A stretch of 64,000 nucleotides of DNA from an uncultured Alphaproteobacteria bacterium (lineage in GTDB: Bacteria > Pseudomonadota > Alphaproteobacteria > JAJFIK01), in contig CAZVEE010000001.1 of NCBI GenBank assembly GCA_964625525.1, forward strand, positions 9,623 to 73,622. The letters are read 5' to 3'. Below the pieces are notes generated by a model, which was not told the DNA's origin, made no database searches, and worked only from the letters and a program-made list of their open reading frames with translations. Positions 25,719 to 35,469 of this stretch are shown one piece after another. Numbering within the stretch: the first letter of the stretch is position 1; each line of letters begins with the position of its first letter. A program made the translations under genes and the position numbers.

Positions 25719-25889
25719 CTTCCTGTTACTGTCCCGTTGGCGGGGCCGCAGCCGGCGCCTAGTTTAAGCCATGCGTCGCCCAGGGAAAGCGGCCTTGGTG
25801 ATTGGGTGGCGACGGCCCGGCAGGATGCCGCCAAATTGCTGCATTGTGAGTGTCCGGTTTGCGGGTGTGAAGGAAGAGGGGAAACGCGT

Positions 25890-28800
25890 TTGGCCCGTCT
25901 GTTGACGATTCTTGCCTTCGTGCTCGCGCTTGGCTTGTCGGCGGCGCTGGCGGTGCCGCCTTTGCTGGATTGGTCTTCGCTCAAACCGGCTTTCACGCGG
26001 GAGGCATCCGCCCGCCTCGGCGTCCCCGTCGGTGTGACCGGACCCATGAGCGTGCAGGTCCTGCCGGTGCCTGTGGTTTCCGCCCAGGCCGTGCGGGCAG
26101 ACCTGGCGAGCGGCGAGGTGTTGACCGTCAAGACGGTCTCCGCCGAGCTGGACTGGGCGAGCGTGCTGGGCGGCGCCATGCGTGTGGTCAGCCTGACTGT
26201 GGATAGCCCGCGTGTGACCGCCGGTGCCGGCGGCATCGCACCCGATCCCTGGATCGAAACACTGCTGACGATGACGCCGGATCTGGAGCGAATCCGCGTG
26301 GCCGATGGCGTCATCCTCAGCCAAGAGGGGGCGCCGGTGTTGCGCCGCATCCGCCTCGACTGGCGCCATGACGAGCGGGGGGGCCGCTTTACCGTCCAGG
26401 CCAAGGTGCAGAACGCGCCCTTGCGCGCGAGCGGCTCTGTGCGCAACGGCGCATCCGCAAACAACAGCCCGGCGCCCAAGGCTGTGCGGCTGAGCGTCAC
26501 CGCGCCCGATCACGGCATCAGCCTGCGCTTCACGGGCGCCACGGCCGGACGCCAAGTCTGGCCCTTGGCCGGTGATTGGACCATCGCCGGCGATAGCGTG
26601 GAAGCTCTCGGCGGGTTCCTCGCCGCGACACTCGGCACCGACGCGCCGGAGACCTGGCCGCCGGTGTTGGCCAGGCTGGCCGAAGACCCTCTGAAAGTCA
26701 CTGCCAAGGGGCGTGCCACGCCGGGCCTGCTGCAACTGTCTCAACTGCAAGCGACGCTGGCGGGGCAGCAGGTGACGGGCGAGGGGCGCCTGGCCTGGGA
26801 CGGTCCCGCGCCAGTGGCTGATCTCGATCTCAACGCGCAGACAGTGGCCGTGGAACAGCTAGCCGATCCGGCGCTTGTGACGCCAAGCCTGGATGGTGCC
26901 TGGCTCGACCGCTGGCATGACGCGCTCATTCCCAGGGCGGTGCCGGGCCTGCCGGCCGCGTTCGATCTGACGGCGCGGGTCCGGATCGCGACATTGTTGT
27001 GGGACGAAGCGGTCATTCAGAATGTGCAGGCGGGGGTGCGTTTGCGTCACGGCCTGGCAGGGCTTGCCGAGGCCGGTGCCACGTTTCCGGGCGGCGCGCG
27101 TGTCAGGCTGAGCGGCCTGCCGGAACGCGCATCCGGCGCGCCCGTATGGCGAGGCCAGGCGAGCCTGAGCGCGCCCCATCCCCGCGCGGTGCTGGAAACC
27201 CTCGGCGTGGCCGTTGAGCGCACGGCGCCGGGCAGTTTCGGCGCTCTTGACGCCGCGGCGCAAGTGCTTGCCGCGGGCGACCGGCTGTCTTTCACGGCCC
27301 TCGACGCCCAGTTGGGGACTGCGGCGCTCAGCGGTGGGGTCGACGTGGTACGGGCCTTGGGCACAGCCGTGCCGGGTGCCGGGTCTGGTGCCGGACCTAG
27401 TGATCGTGACGTGACGGTCCGTCTCCGGATGACAGGATTTGATGCGGAAACGCTGACAACCCTCATGGCCCCTGATGGCGTGTTTATGCCCGTGCGCCCG
27501 CTGCTGGCGCGCAGCCCGGTGACTTGGCTCGACACCTGGCCCGAACGCTTGCGCCTGGGCCTTGATCTGTCGGGAGAGGACCTGACACTGGCTGGCAAAC
27601 CAGTGGAGGATCTGAGCCTTGCCGGATCGTTTTCCCGCGAGACTGCCATTCTCGATCGGTTTGATCTGCGCTTTGCCGATGGGGCGGTGATCACGGCCGC
27701 CGGTGCGGTCCCCCAAGTGAGCGGTCAAACCCCACGCCCAGGCGGACGGCTGAGCGCGGCGCTCACGGCTCCGTCTGTCCGTGTGCTGACCGGGGCGGCA
27801 GATGGGCCGGACGGGCCCGTGACTCTGGATCTGACGGCGGATGCAGCGCCAGACGGGTTAGCCGCGACAGTGGGCGGCGTGGCGGGACCGGCCACGCTCG
27901 ATGGCGCTATCGCGCTCGTCTATCCGGGGCGCGAGACGCCGGCGCGGGTGCTGCCCCAGGGCACGGCAATCCTGCGTGTGGACACGTCTGACGGCCAGGA
28001 TCTCGCGGCCTTGCTAGGGTTCGCCGTGCCGCCTGAAGCCCAGCCACCGGTCACGCGCCCGGGCCGCCTGCGGGCGGCGGTGGCCTTGGAAGACGCGGTG
28101 GGCGATGTGGATTTTATGGTGGAGACGCCCGCCGTGACCGGATCTCTGACGGCCGATCTGGTGCGTGCGGAGACGCTCTGGCGGTATGACGGTCAGGTCA
28201 TGCTGAGAGCGCTATCGGGGGCGCCATTGGGTCTGCCAGAGGGAACGGTGGCCGATGGCCTGGCGCTGCGAGCGCAGATTGAGGGGGAAGGCCGGCGCGC
28301 CAGCTTGTCCAACATCGAAGGCCGCGCCGGCACGGCCGTGCTTGAAGGCGGTCTGACTGTGGATTGGCCCGCGCTCGATCCAGAGGCGGGCCCCATGCCC
28401 GCGCCGTTGCCCCGGCTGACCGGCACGCTGGACTTGCGGGATGTGATCTGGCCCATGCTCACCCGCCAGGACACGACCGGGGCGGACGGTGAGCCATTGC
28501 CGCCTTGGTCCACCGCGCCTTTACCGGTCTCGTGGCTCTCACAAGGCGAGATGGATGTGGCGGTCAGCCTGTCCTCGCTGTCGGTCGGTCTATTGGCCGT
28601 GAATGATGTGCGTTTTGCAGCCCGTCTCGATACGCAGGGCCTGCGCCTGGAGGACGTGACGGGCCGGCTCGCGGGCGGGCGCCTGAGCGGGTCGGTCGTG
28701 GCGGTGCCGGTGCCAGGGGGGCTGGAGGTGGCCCTCGATGCGGGCCTTGCGGGCGCGCGCCCTTATGAGCCGGTGCCGGATGTGGACGATACGCTGGCGG

Positions 28801-29381
28801 CGCGCCTGGTGCTGCAAGGGGATGTCACGGCGCAGGTCACGGCCCAGGGGCGTTCTGTGTTCGACCTGATTTCCGGCGCGAACGGCACGGTGACAGCGGA
28901 TTTCGAGGATGTGGCCGTGGCACCGCTCGATCTTGAGGCCCTGGCTACGGATTGGCCAGGGCTTGACAGCCTGTCCGTGTTCGAAGCGAAACTGAACGCG
29001 GTCAGCGCCAATGGCCTGACCCGGATCGGCGCTGTGCGCGGCACGCTGCCGGTCACGGGCGGCGTGGTGACCCTTGACGGGCTGTCGGGCGAGGTGGCGG
29101 CGGGGCCAGTGGCTGTGGACGGACGGATCAATCTGGCCGCCTTTATCGTGGACCTGGAAACGGCCTTGCCCGTGGCCGCCGATGCAGAGCCGTTGCGTCT
29201 GCGGGTCCAGGGACCGCTTGATGATCCCGAACGAGTGCTCGATGCGGCCGATTTGCGTTATGACTTGGCACTGCGCATCAAACGCACTCGGCCAGGGCGT
29301 ATTTCGGAAGAAGATCTGCCGGCGGAATTGCGGGAACTGCTGGATCTTCTCGACGAAGATGGCACGGCGGATCAGCCCTGA
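25890..29381 (+). CDS. AsmA-family outer-membrane biogenesis protein (about 1160 aa)
   Basis: N-terminal anchor LLTILAFVLALGLSAALAV, then a very long Ala/Gly/Leu/Val-rich beta-type region typical of AsmA-like proteins. There is no in-frame ATG near the anchor. TTG 25890 follows GGAAGAGGGG, so the start is uncertain (the ORF is open from 25698). Confidence 0.7.
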   Translation: MARLLTILAFVLALGLSAALAVPPLLDWSSLKPAFTREASARLGVPVGVTGPMSVQVLPVPVVSAQAVRADLASGEVLTVKTVSAELDWASVLGGAMRVVSLTVDSPRVTAGAGGIAPDPWIETLLTMTPDLERIRVADGVILSQEGAPVLRRIRLDWRHDERGGRFTVQAKVQNAPLRASGSVRNGASANNSPAPKAVRLSVTAPDHGISLRFTGATAGRQVWPLAGDWTIAGDSVEALGGFLAATLGTDAPETWPPVLARLAEDPLKVTAKGRATPGLLQLSQLQATLAGQQVTGEGRLAWDGPAPVADLDLNAQTVAVEQLADPALVTPSLDGAWLDRWHDALIPRAVPGLPAAFDLTARVRIATLLWDEAVIQNVQAGVRLRHGLAGLAEAGATFPGGARVRLSGLPERASGAPVWRGQASLSAPHPRAVLETLGVAVERTAPGSFGALDAAAQVLAAGDRLSFTALDAQLGTAALSGGVDVVRALGTAVPGAGSGAGPSDRDVTVRLRMTGFDAETLTTLMAPDGVFMPVRPLLARSPVTWLDTWPERLRLGLDLSGEDLTLAGKPVEDLSLAGSFSRETAILDRFDLRFADGAVITAAGAVPQVSGQTPRPGGRLSAALTAPSVRVLTGAADGPDGPVTLDLTADAAPDGLAATVGGVAGPATLDGAIALVYPGRETPARVLPQGTAILRVDTSDGQDLAALLGFAVPPEAQPPVTRPGRLRAAVALEDAVGDVDFMVETPAVTGSLTADLVRAETLWRYDGQVMLRALSGAPLGLPEGTVADGLALRAQIEGEGRRASLSNIEGRAGTAVLEGGLTVDWPALDPEAGPMPAPLPRLTGTLDLRDVIWPMLTRQDTTGADGEPLPPWSTAPLPVSWLSQGEMDVAVSLSSLSVGLLAVNDVRFAARLDTQGLRLEDVTGRLAGGRLSGSVVAVPVPGGLEVALDAGLAGARPYEPVPDVDDTLAARLVLQGDVTAQVTAQGRSVFDLISGANGTVTADFEDVAVAPLDLEALATDWPGLDSLSVFEAKLNAVSANGLTRIGAVRGTLPVTGGVVTLDGLSGEVAAGPVAVDGRINLAAFIVDLETALPVAADAEPLRLRVQGPLDDPERVLDAADLRYDLALRIKRTRPGRISEEDLPAELRELLDLLDEDGTADQP

Positions 29382-29620
29382 TCGGGCTCTTGCACCGCTT
29401 TCAGGACGAAGACGCGAATGGCGCTGGACAGGCCCTGAACCGGGCCGGCTTTAGTGCGCGCCTCGTCGATCTGGCGCACGAGATCGGCGAGAGGGAGGGC
29501 GCGCCGCGCCGCAATGGCTTTCAGCGCGTCCCAGAATTCCGGCTCCAGCGCGATGCTGGTGCGGTGCCCGGCGATGGTGATGGACCGTTTCGCCGGGCCC
29601 CGATCGTCCGCCGCCGCCAT
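29372..29620 (-). CDS. ribbon-helix-helix domain protein (RHH_4-like)
   Basis: RSITIAGHRTSIALEPEFWDALKAIAARRALPLADLVRQID...SSAIRVFVL is the characteristic pattern of this small alphaproteobacterial family. Its 3' end overlaps the convergent asmA-like gene by 10 nt. Confidence 0.7.
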   Translation of the reverse strand: MAAADDRGPAKRSITIAGHRTSIALEPEFWDALKAIAARRALPLADLVRQIDEARTKAGPVQGLSSAIRVFVLKAVQEPDQG

Positions 29621-29621
29621 G

Positions 29622-31013
29622 TTAGGCCTTCGGACCGATCATGTCTTCCGGCCGCACAATGGCGTCGAACTCCTCGGCCGTGACAAAGCCCAGGTTCAGC
29701 GCCTCTTCGCGCAAGGTCGTGCCGTTCTTGTGCGCGGTCTTGGCGACGGTTGTGGCGTTGTCATAGCCGATCTTGGGCGCCAGCGCCGTGACCAGCATGA
29801 GGGAGCGTTCCATCAGTTCCCGGATCCGCATCTCGTTGGGCTCGATCCCCACGACGCAGTTGTCGGTAAAGCTGACGCTCGCATCGCTCAGCAGGCGGAT
29901 CGATTGGAGCAGCGAATAGATCATCACCGGCTTGAAGACATTGAGTTCCATATGTCCCTGGCTACCGGCCATGGTCACGGGCGTGCGGTTGCCCATCACT
30001 TGGGTGCAGACCATGGTCATGGCTTCGCTTTGGGTGGGGTTCACCTTGCCCGGCATAATCGACGAGCCCGGCTCGTTTTCCGGCAGCATCAGTTCCGCCA
30101 GACCCGACCGGGGGCCAGAGCCCAGAAGGCGGATGTCGTTGGCGATCTTGAACAACGAGCATGCGATGGTGTTCAGCACCCCCGACATTTCCACGACCGC
30201 GTCATGGGCGGCGAGGGCCTCGAATTTGTTCTCCGCCGTGACGAAGGGCAGGCCCGTGACGGCCGCCACTTCCCGAGCAAAAGTCTCCGCAAAGCCCGGT
30301 TTGGTGTTCAGGCCCGTGCCCACGGCCGTACCACCCTGCGCCAATTGCAACAGGCGCGGCAAGGACGCCTTGGCCCGCTCGATGGCATAGCGGATCTGTG
30401 TGACGTAGCCGGAGAATTCCTGGCCCAGGGTCAGGGGCGTTGCGTCCTGCAAATGGGTGCGGCCGATCTTGATGATGCCGCTCCAGGCGTCCGCCTTGGC
30501 GCTCAACGCACCGAGCAGATGCTCCAGCGCCGGAATGAGGGCGTGATGCACCTGCTCCGCGGCTGCCACATGCATCGCCGTGGGGAAAGTATCATTGGAG
30601 CTTTGCGCGCGATTGCAGTGATCGTTCGGGTGCACTGGATCCTTGGTGCCGAGCGTGCCGCCCAGGATCTGGATGGCCCGGTTCGAGATCACCTCATTGG
30701 CGTTCATATTGCTCTGGGTGCCTGAGCCGGTCTGCCAGACCACCAGCGGAAAGTGATCATTAAGCTGGCCGGCGATGACCTCGTCGGCCGCCTGCACGAT
30801 GGCATCGGCAATGTGCGGCTCGATATTGTCGAGGCTTTTATTGGCGAGCGCAGCCGCCCGCTTGACGATGCCGAGCGCGCGCACCAGCGGCAGGGGCATG
30901 GTCTCGGTGCCGATCTTGAAATTGCCGAGCGAGCGCTGGGTCTGCGCACCCCAGTATTTGTCCGCTGGGACCTCCAGCGGTCCAAAGGAATCCCGTTCCG
31001 TGCGCGTGCTCAT
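29622..31013 (-). CDS. fumC: class II fumarate hydratase
   Basis: [16 protein letters not shown] signature. [29 protein letters not shown]-terminus. 463 aa. Confidence 0.95.
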   Translation of the reverse strand: MSTRTERDSFGPLEVPADKYWGAQTQRSLGNFKIGTETMPLPLVRALGIVKRAAALANKSLDNIEPHIADAIVQAADEVIAGQLNDHFPLVVWQTGSGTQSNMNANEVISNRAIQILGGTLGTKDPVHPNDHCNRAQSSNDTFPTAMHVAAAEQVHHALIPALEHLLGALSAKADAWSGIIKIGRTHLQDATPLTLGQEFSGYVTQIRYAIERAKASLPRLLQLAQGGTAVGTGLNTKPGFAETFAREVAAVTGLPFVTAENKFEALAAHDAVVEMSGVLNTIACSLFKIANDIRLLGSGPRSGLAELMLPENEPGSSIMPGKVNPTQSEAMTMVCTQVMGNRTPVTMAGSQGHMELNVFKPVMIYSLLQSIRLLSDASVSFTDNCVVGIEPNEMRIRELMERSLMLVTALAPKIGYDNATTVAKTAHKNGTTLREEALNLGFVTAEEFDAIVRPEDMIGPKA

Positions 31014-31124
31014 GCTGCTGTCTCCCTATGGCTGCGCGAAGTCCTCGCCCTGTGGGAGCAGGTGATACGAGAGATGGCGAGCCTGCGCAACGCGCGGCCG
31101 CATCACGGCTGTGGCACAGGCCAG

Positions 31125-31661
31125 TTACTTTTTGCGGAAGGCGTCAAGGCTCACCACTTCGCCGGTCTCCGCTGGTTTGGCCGCCGCATCCTCGGCTTTG
31201 GCGTCCTCGTCCTTGGGCGGGCTCAGGATCTCCGGTGTTTCCGTGGGCCCCAGCGCCTCCGCCTCATCCTCGCCCACGGCGCGCGGGCCGCGCGGATTGG
31301 AAAAACCCTCCACCTGGAACTCCAGGCCGAATTTCACGCCCGGATCCAGGAACGCCCGGACCGCCTTATACGGGATCACGATGCGTTCCGGCATTTTGTT
31401 GAAGCTCAACGTGACGGCGACGGTGTCGTCCGTGGCTTGCAGGTCCCAGAACTGGTGCTGAATAACGATTTTCATATCGCCGGGATACTGGGCTCGCAGC
31501 ACTTCCGACAGCTCAACGCCCGGATAGCCGGTGGCGAAGACAATCTCGAAGTAATGGGCGCCGCGCAGGCCCTCGTCCTGCACCTTGGCAAAAGCCTGGC
31601 GCATGATGGTCCGCAGCGCGTCCTGCGCCATCAGGTCGTATCGCATATAGTCTTGTGCCAT
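31125..31661 (-). CDS. sspB: ClpXP adaptor SspB (alphaproteobacterial type)
   Basis: YDLMAQDALRTIMRQAF...HYFEIVFATGYPGVELSEVLRAQYPGDMKIVIQHQFWDL closely resembles Caulobacter SspB-alpha. Acidic C-terminal tail. Start taken at ATG 31661. Confidence 0.75.
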   Translation of the reverse strand: MAQDYMRYDLMAQDALRTIMRQAFAKVQDEGLRGAHYFEIVFATGYPGVELSEVLRAQYPGDMKIVIQHQFWDLQATDDTVAVTLSFNKMPERIVIPYKAVRAFLDPGVKFGLEFQVEGFSNPRGPRAVGEDEAEALGPTETPEILSPPKDEDAKAEDAAAKPAETGEVVSLDAFRKK

Positions 31662-31913
31662 GGGCTCGGGCCTTGTTCTGCTTGTGCGCTGGGGGCGGTG
31701 CGGACCGGACAAGACGGGCATTCCCTCGTCCCTTTGCCATCGCTGACAGCTTGGGAGACGACAGCCCGTTTGATCCCTACGATACCCAAGCCGACGGTCA
31801 GCACAAGAGAGGGGAACCGCATGACGGCGTCATTGGGACAGCGCACCCGTCGTCCACGCTCCGGCGCTCTGGTCGCCTAGGAGCCTGTAGAAAAGCACGA
31901 CTCCTTACTCGCC

Positions 31914-32799
31914 TTGGTCCGCGCCGTGCGCGAGACGACGCTCGCCATCTGGCCCGCGCGCACCTATCGCGAGCGTGCGGTGCGGGTGAAGGGGTGGCTT
32001 TTCAACGGACTTTATCTCAGCGATCCGGACGGCCTGCGCCATGTGCTGTCCACTCACCAGGACCGCTACCCGAAAGCGGACATTCAGCAGCAGATCCTGC
32101 GCCCGGCTCTGGGCGATGGCGGCTGCGCCCAATGATTTCCTCACCCGCCTCATGCAGGCCCGGGACGAGGAGACCGGGCGCGGGCTGAGCGATGAGGATC
32201 TGCGCGCCAATCTGCTCACATTTCTGGGGGCGGGCCATGAGACCACGGCCGTGGCCCTTTCCTGGTCACTTTATCTGCTTTCAGAATTTCCGTGGGCGGC
32301 GGATGCGGTTCGTGACGAGGCCCGTGCCGTGCTCGACGGTGGTCCGGTGACCGCTGACGCGATTGCGCGCCTGTCCTTTACCCGACAGGTGTTTGAAGAG
32401 GCCATGCGCCTTTATCCCCCGGTCCCGATCTTCGACCGCGCAGCGGCCGAGCCCGACACAGTCGCCGGCCATGATGTGGGCAAAGGCACCATGGTGCTGG
32501 TGTCGCCTTATGTGCTGCACCGGCATGAAACCCTATGGGAGGATCCGGATGTGTTCGACCCGGATCGGTTTACCCCGGCGGCGGTGAAAGCGCGCCACCG
32601 CTTCCAGTATATTCCCTTCAATGTGGGGCCTCGCCACTGTATCGGAGCGGCCTTCGCCATGATGGAGGGTGTTCTGGCGCTGGCCATGATGGTGCGGGAC
32701 TTCCGCATCGACATGGTGGACGGCCACGATCCGCAGCCGTTCGCCTTCATCAGCCTGCGCCCGAAAGGGGGCCTGCCGGTGACGCTGAGACCTGTCTAG
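31914..32799 (+). pseudogene. cytochrome P450 pseudogene (N-terminal truncation, internal deletion of about 150-170 codons, frameshift)
   Basis: The N-terminal piece (frame of 31914) ends ...ILRPALGDG then hits a stop. The C-terminal piece (frame of 32041) carries I-helix AGHETTA, ExxR (FEEAMR) and heme loop FNVGPRHCIGAAFA. The segment normally between them is absent, and an in-frame TAG at 31878 cuts off any normal N-terminus. Confidence 0.7.
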
Positions 32800-32814
32800 G
32801 GCCTGGCGCCTGAT

Positions 32815-33170
32815 GAGGGAGGCGCGCCTCATGAGAGCGGGGCGCTCGGTGAGGGGGGAGAGAAGTGCAGGGCTTCTGTTGCCAGGTGCCCTGCGAACCC
32901 CGTTGCCTATTCAATTAGGCAGCAAGCGCAACTTCGTTGTCGTTGGCACTTGTAGAAACGGCCCGATATCGGCGGAACCATGCCGGGCGAAAGATACGTC
33001 TTTACACGTTCGTCGATCCTAACTCGCCCCCATCAGAAACCCGCCCGATCCGTCATGCCTTGCGGGGCTGACCTGACGGGCTTGTGGTGGAGGCGCCGGG
33101 AGTCGCACCCGGGTCCGATCCGCTTATTACACGCTCGTTTATCGCCATAGCCGGTGCGACCGGCACCCCT
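32815..33170 (-). ncRNA. ssrA: two-piece (circularly permuted) tmRNA gene
   Basis: Minus strand. The acceptor piece ends ...CCGGGTGCGACTCCCGGCGCCTCCACCA at 33085. 53 nt further on, the coding piece starts GGGGGCGAGTTAGGATCGACG (5' end 33031). Its first 7 nt pair with CGCCTCC, giving a G3:U wobble as in tRNA-Ala. Tag ORF GCC AAC GAC AAC GAA GTT GCG CTT GCT GCC TAA = ANDNEVALAA* at 32947-32915. Outer ends are approximate (about +-30 nt). Confidence 0.85.
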
Positions 33171-33187
33171 CAATATAAGCGCTGTTC

Positions 33188-33266
33188 GTAAAAACAAAAA
33201 GAGTGGGGATCGAAGACGCCCGACCGGGCGGGTGACCTTAGGCGGGATCACGGGCCGGGCGTCTTC
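33188..33266 (-). terminator. rho-independent terminator of the GST gene
   Basis: Long hairpin GAAGACGCCCGGCC...GGTCGGGCGTCTTC (one mismatch) followed on the minus strand by CTTTTTGTTTTT. Confidence 0.75.
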
Positions 33267-33281
33267 GGCTGGGTTGTGCAA

Positions 33282-33971
33282 TCACGTCTGAAGCATGTTC
33301 TGGGCCATTGTGACCTTGTTATCCCCTTGATCGTCGTCGGTGGGGCGCGGATGAGGGATTTGCACGCCCCGCTGCAGGGCAGGCCGGGCGTTCAAAGTCT
33401 CCAGCCAGCGGCTCAAGTGAGGCAGATCCTCGATGGAAACACCCGCCCACTCATGGCTGCGCACCCAGGTCCAATGGGCAATGTCCGCGATGGAGAAATC
33501 CCCGGCCAGATACGCGTGATCAGCGAGACGGGTATCAAGCACCGAGTAAAGGCGCTTCGTCTCGTTCTGGTAGCGGTCGATGGCCGGCTGAATTTTTTCG
33601 GGAAAGTACCGAAAGAAAACATGCGCTTGGCCCTGCATGGGCCCCACGCCGCCCATTTGGAACATGAGCCACTGGATCACCTGCGAGCGGCCCTTGGCAT
33701 CTGTGGGGAGGAGTTGGCCTGCTTTTTCGGCCAGATAGAGCATAATGGCGCCGGACTCGAAGACGGCGAAATCACCTGCCTCGCGGTCTATGATGGCCGG
33801 AATCCGGCCATTGGGATTGATCGCCAGGAACCACGGCTTTTTCTGCTCATTGGTCCCGATATCAATCGGGTGCACGTCATAGGGCAGGCCAAGCTCTTCC
33901 AGCGTGCAGGAGGCTTTATAGCCATTGGGCGTGGTCCAGGTGTAAAGGTCGATCATGGGGCGATCTCTCAT
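33282..33971 (-). CDS. glutathione S-transferase family protein (Nu-class, YfcG/YghU-like)
   Basis: [14 protein letters not shown]...[12 protein letters not shown]...[13 protein letters not shown] pattern. The start could be ATG 33956 instead of 33971. Confidence 0.85.
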   Translation of the reverse strand: MRDRPMIDLYTWTTPNGYKASCTLEELGLPYDVHPIDIGTNEQKKPWFLAINPNGRIPAIIDREAGDFAVFESGAIMLYLAEKAGQLLPTDAKGRSQVIQWLMFQMGGVGPMQGQAHVFFRYFPEKIQPAIDRYQNETKRLYSVLDTRLADHAYLAGDFSIADIAHWTWVRSHEWAGVSIEDLPHLSRWLETLNARPALQRGVQIPHPRPTDDDQGDNKVTMAQNMLQT

Positions 33972-34084
33972 GTTGGAGGGGCGTGCACGGAAACTGGGGA
34001 GCTGAGCTCGCGCATCAAGCGCTGGGCGCTTTCACAATGGCGAGACCGAATCGGCCATGCTGAGCCCGAAATGGAAGGTGGGTC

Positions 34085-34879
34085 ATGCAGCACTATCACG
34101 ATCTGATGCAGCGCATTTTGGACGAGGGCCTGGAGAAGCCTGACCGCACAGGCACAGGCATCCTAAGCGTGTTCGGCCATCAGATGCGCTTTGACCTGCG
34201 TGATGGGTTTCCGCTGCTGACCACCAAGAAGATGTTCCTGCGCGGTATTATTCATGAACTGCTGTGGTTCCTGCGCGGGGAAACCAATGTGCGTCCGCTG
34301 CAGGCCGAAGGGGTGCATATCTGGGACGAGTGGGCCGATGAGGCCGGCGAGCTTGGCCCGGTCTATGGGCGCCAGTGGCGGTCCTGGCCGGCGCCGGATG
34401 GGCAAAGCATCGATCAAATCGCCTGGTTGCTGAACGAAATCCGCACCAATCCGAACTCGCGCCGGCTGGTGGTGAGCGCCTGGAATCCGGCGGATTTGGA
34501 GGCCATGGCGCTGCCGCCCTGCCACTGCCTGTTCCAGTTCTATGTGGCTGACGGCAGGCTGTCCTGTCAGCTTTATCAGCGCAGTGCGGACGTGTTTTTG
34601 GGAGTCCCGTTCAACATCGCGTCTTATGCGCTTTTGACCATGATGATCGCCCAGGTCACCGATCTGAAGCCCGGTACATTCGTGCACACACTGGGTGACG
34701 CGCATCTGTACACGAACCACCTGGAGCAGGCGCGACTGCAATTGACCCGTGTGCCGCGAGCGCAACCGACCATGCGCCTCAATCCGGCAGTGCAGGATCT
34801 GTTCGCCTTCCGCTACGAGGATTTCACCCTCGAAGGCTATGATCCGCATCCGGCCATTCAAGCGCCGATCGCCGCCTGA
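34085..34879 (+). CDS. thyA: thymidylate synthase
   Basis: [36 protein letters not shown] (catalytic Cys), GDAHLYTNH. Confidence 0.95.
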   Translation: MQHYHDLMQRILDEGLEKPDRTGTGILSVFGHQMRFDLRDGFPLLTTKKMFLRGIIHELLWFLRGETNVRPLQAEGVHIWDEWADEAGELGPVYGRQWRSWPAPDGQSIDQIAWLLNEIRTNPNSRRLVVSAWNPADLEAMALPPCHCLFQFYVADGRLSCQLYQRSADVFLGVPFNIASYALLTMMIAQVTDLKPGTFVHTLGDAHLYTNHLEQARLQLTRVPRAQPTMRLNPAVQDLFAFRYEDFTLEGYDPHPAIQAPIAA

Positions 34880-35403
34880 TGGCTTGGGATGGGATCACCG
34901 TCTGGGCTGTGGTGGCCATGGCGCAAAACCGCGTCATTGGCCGGGAAGGCACGATGCCCTGGCGGGTCCCGGCGGATTTGCGCTTTTTCAAATCTGTGAC
35001 CATGGGCAAGCCTATCATTGCCGGGCGCAAGACATTTGAGAGTTTTCCCGCTGCTCTGCCCGGGCGCACGAATATCGTCATCACCCGGAACGCCGCTTGG
35101 TCCGCGCCTCATGCGCGAACGGCCGATAGTCTGGACGCGGCCATGGCGCTGGGGGCTGAGGCCGCCCGAGCGGACGGTGCGCAGGAGATCGTGATTGTCG
35201 GCGGCGCGGAAATCTATGCGGCGGCGCTCGGCTTCGTGGACCGGCTCTACCTCACCGAGATCGTCGGGGCGCCGGATGGCGACACCCTGTTCCCCGCGTT
35301 GGACCCCGCCGTTTGGCGCGAAGTTCGGCGCGAGGCGTTTCCCGACGACCCTAAAGCCAGCCATAGCGCCATCCTGACTGTGTTGGAGCGGATTGCGGGG
35401 TAA
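34879..35403 (+). CDS. folA: dihydrofolate reductase
   Basis: VAMAQNRVIGREGTMPWRVPADLRFFKSVTMGKPIIAGRKTFES and IVGGAEIY motifs. TGATG one-base overlap with thyA. Confidence 0.9.
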   Translation: MAWDGITVWAVVAMAQNRVIGREGTMPWRVPADLRFFKSVTMGKPIIAGRKTFESFPAALPGRTNIVITRNAAWSAPHARTADSLDAAMALGAEAARADGAQEIVIVGGAEIYAAALGFVDRLYLTEIVGAPDGDTLFPALDPAVWREVRREAFPDDPKASHSAILTVLERIAG

Positions 35404-35469
35404 GCTTTCGGACTGGCGGGCTTTGGCATATGCTGATGCATAAAAGCACGCCATAAGGGAGACGCCCCC

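Noticed and set aside
31914-32799. Treating the two P450-like ORFs (31914-32135 and 32041-32799) as two separate functional genes.
   Set aside because: They overlap in different frames. Together they cover only the N-terminal and C-terminal thirds of a P450, and neither piece could bind heme and fold alone. A single pseudogene is the simpler reading.
32800-33300. Genomic island integrated at ssrA.
   Set aside because: No integrase gene. I could see no duplicated copy of the tmRNA 3' end (attL/attR-type direct repeat) in the flanks. The neighbouring genes other than the P450 pseudogene are ordinary core genes.
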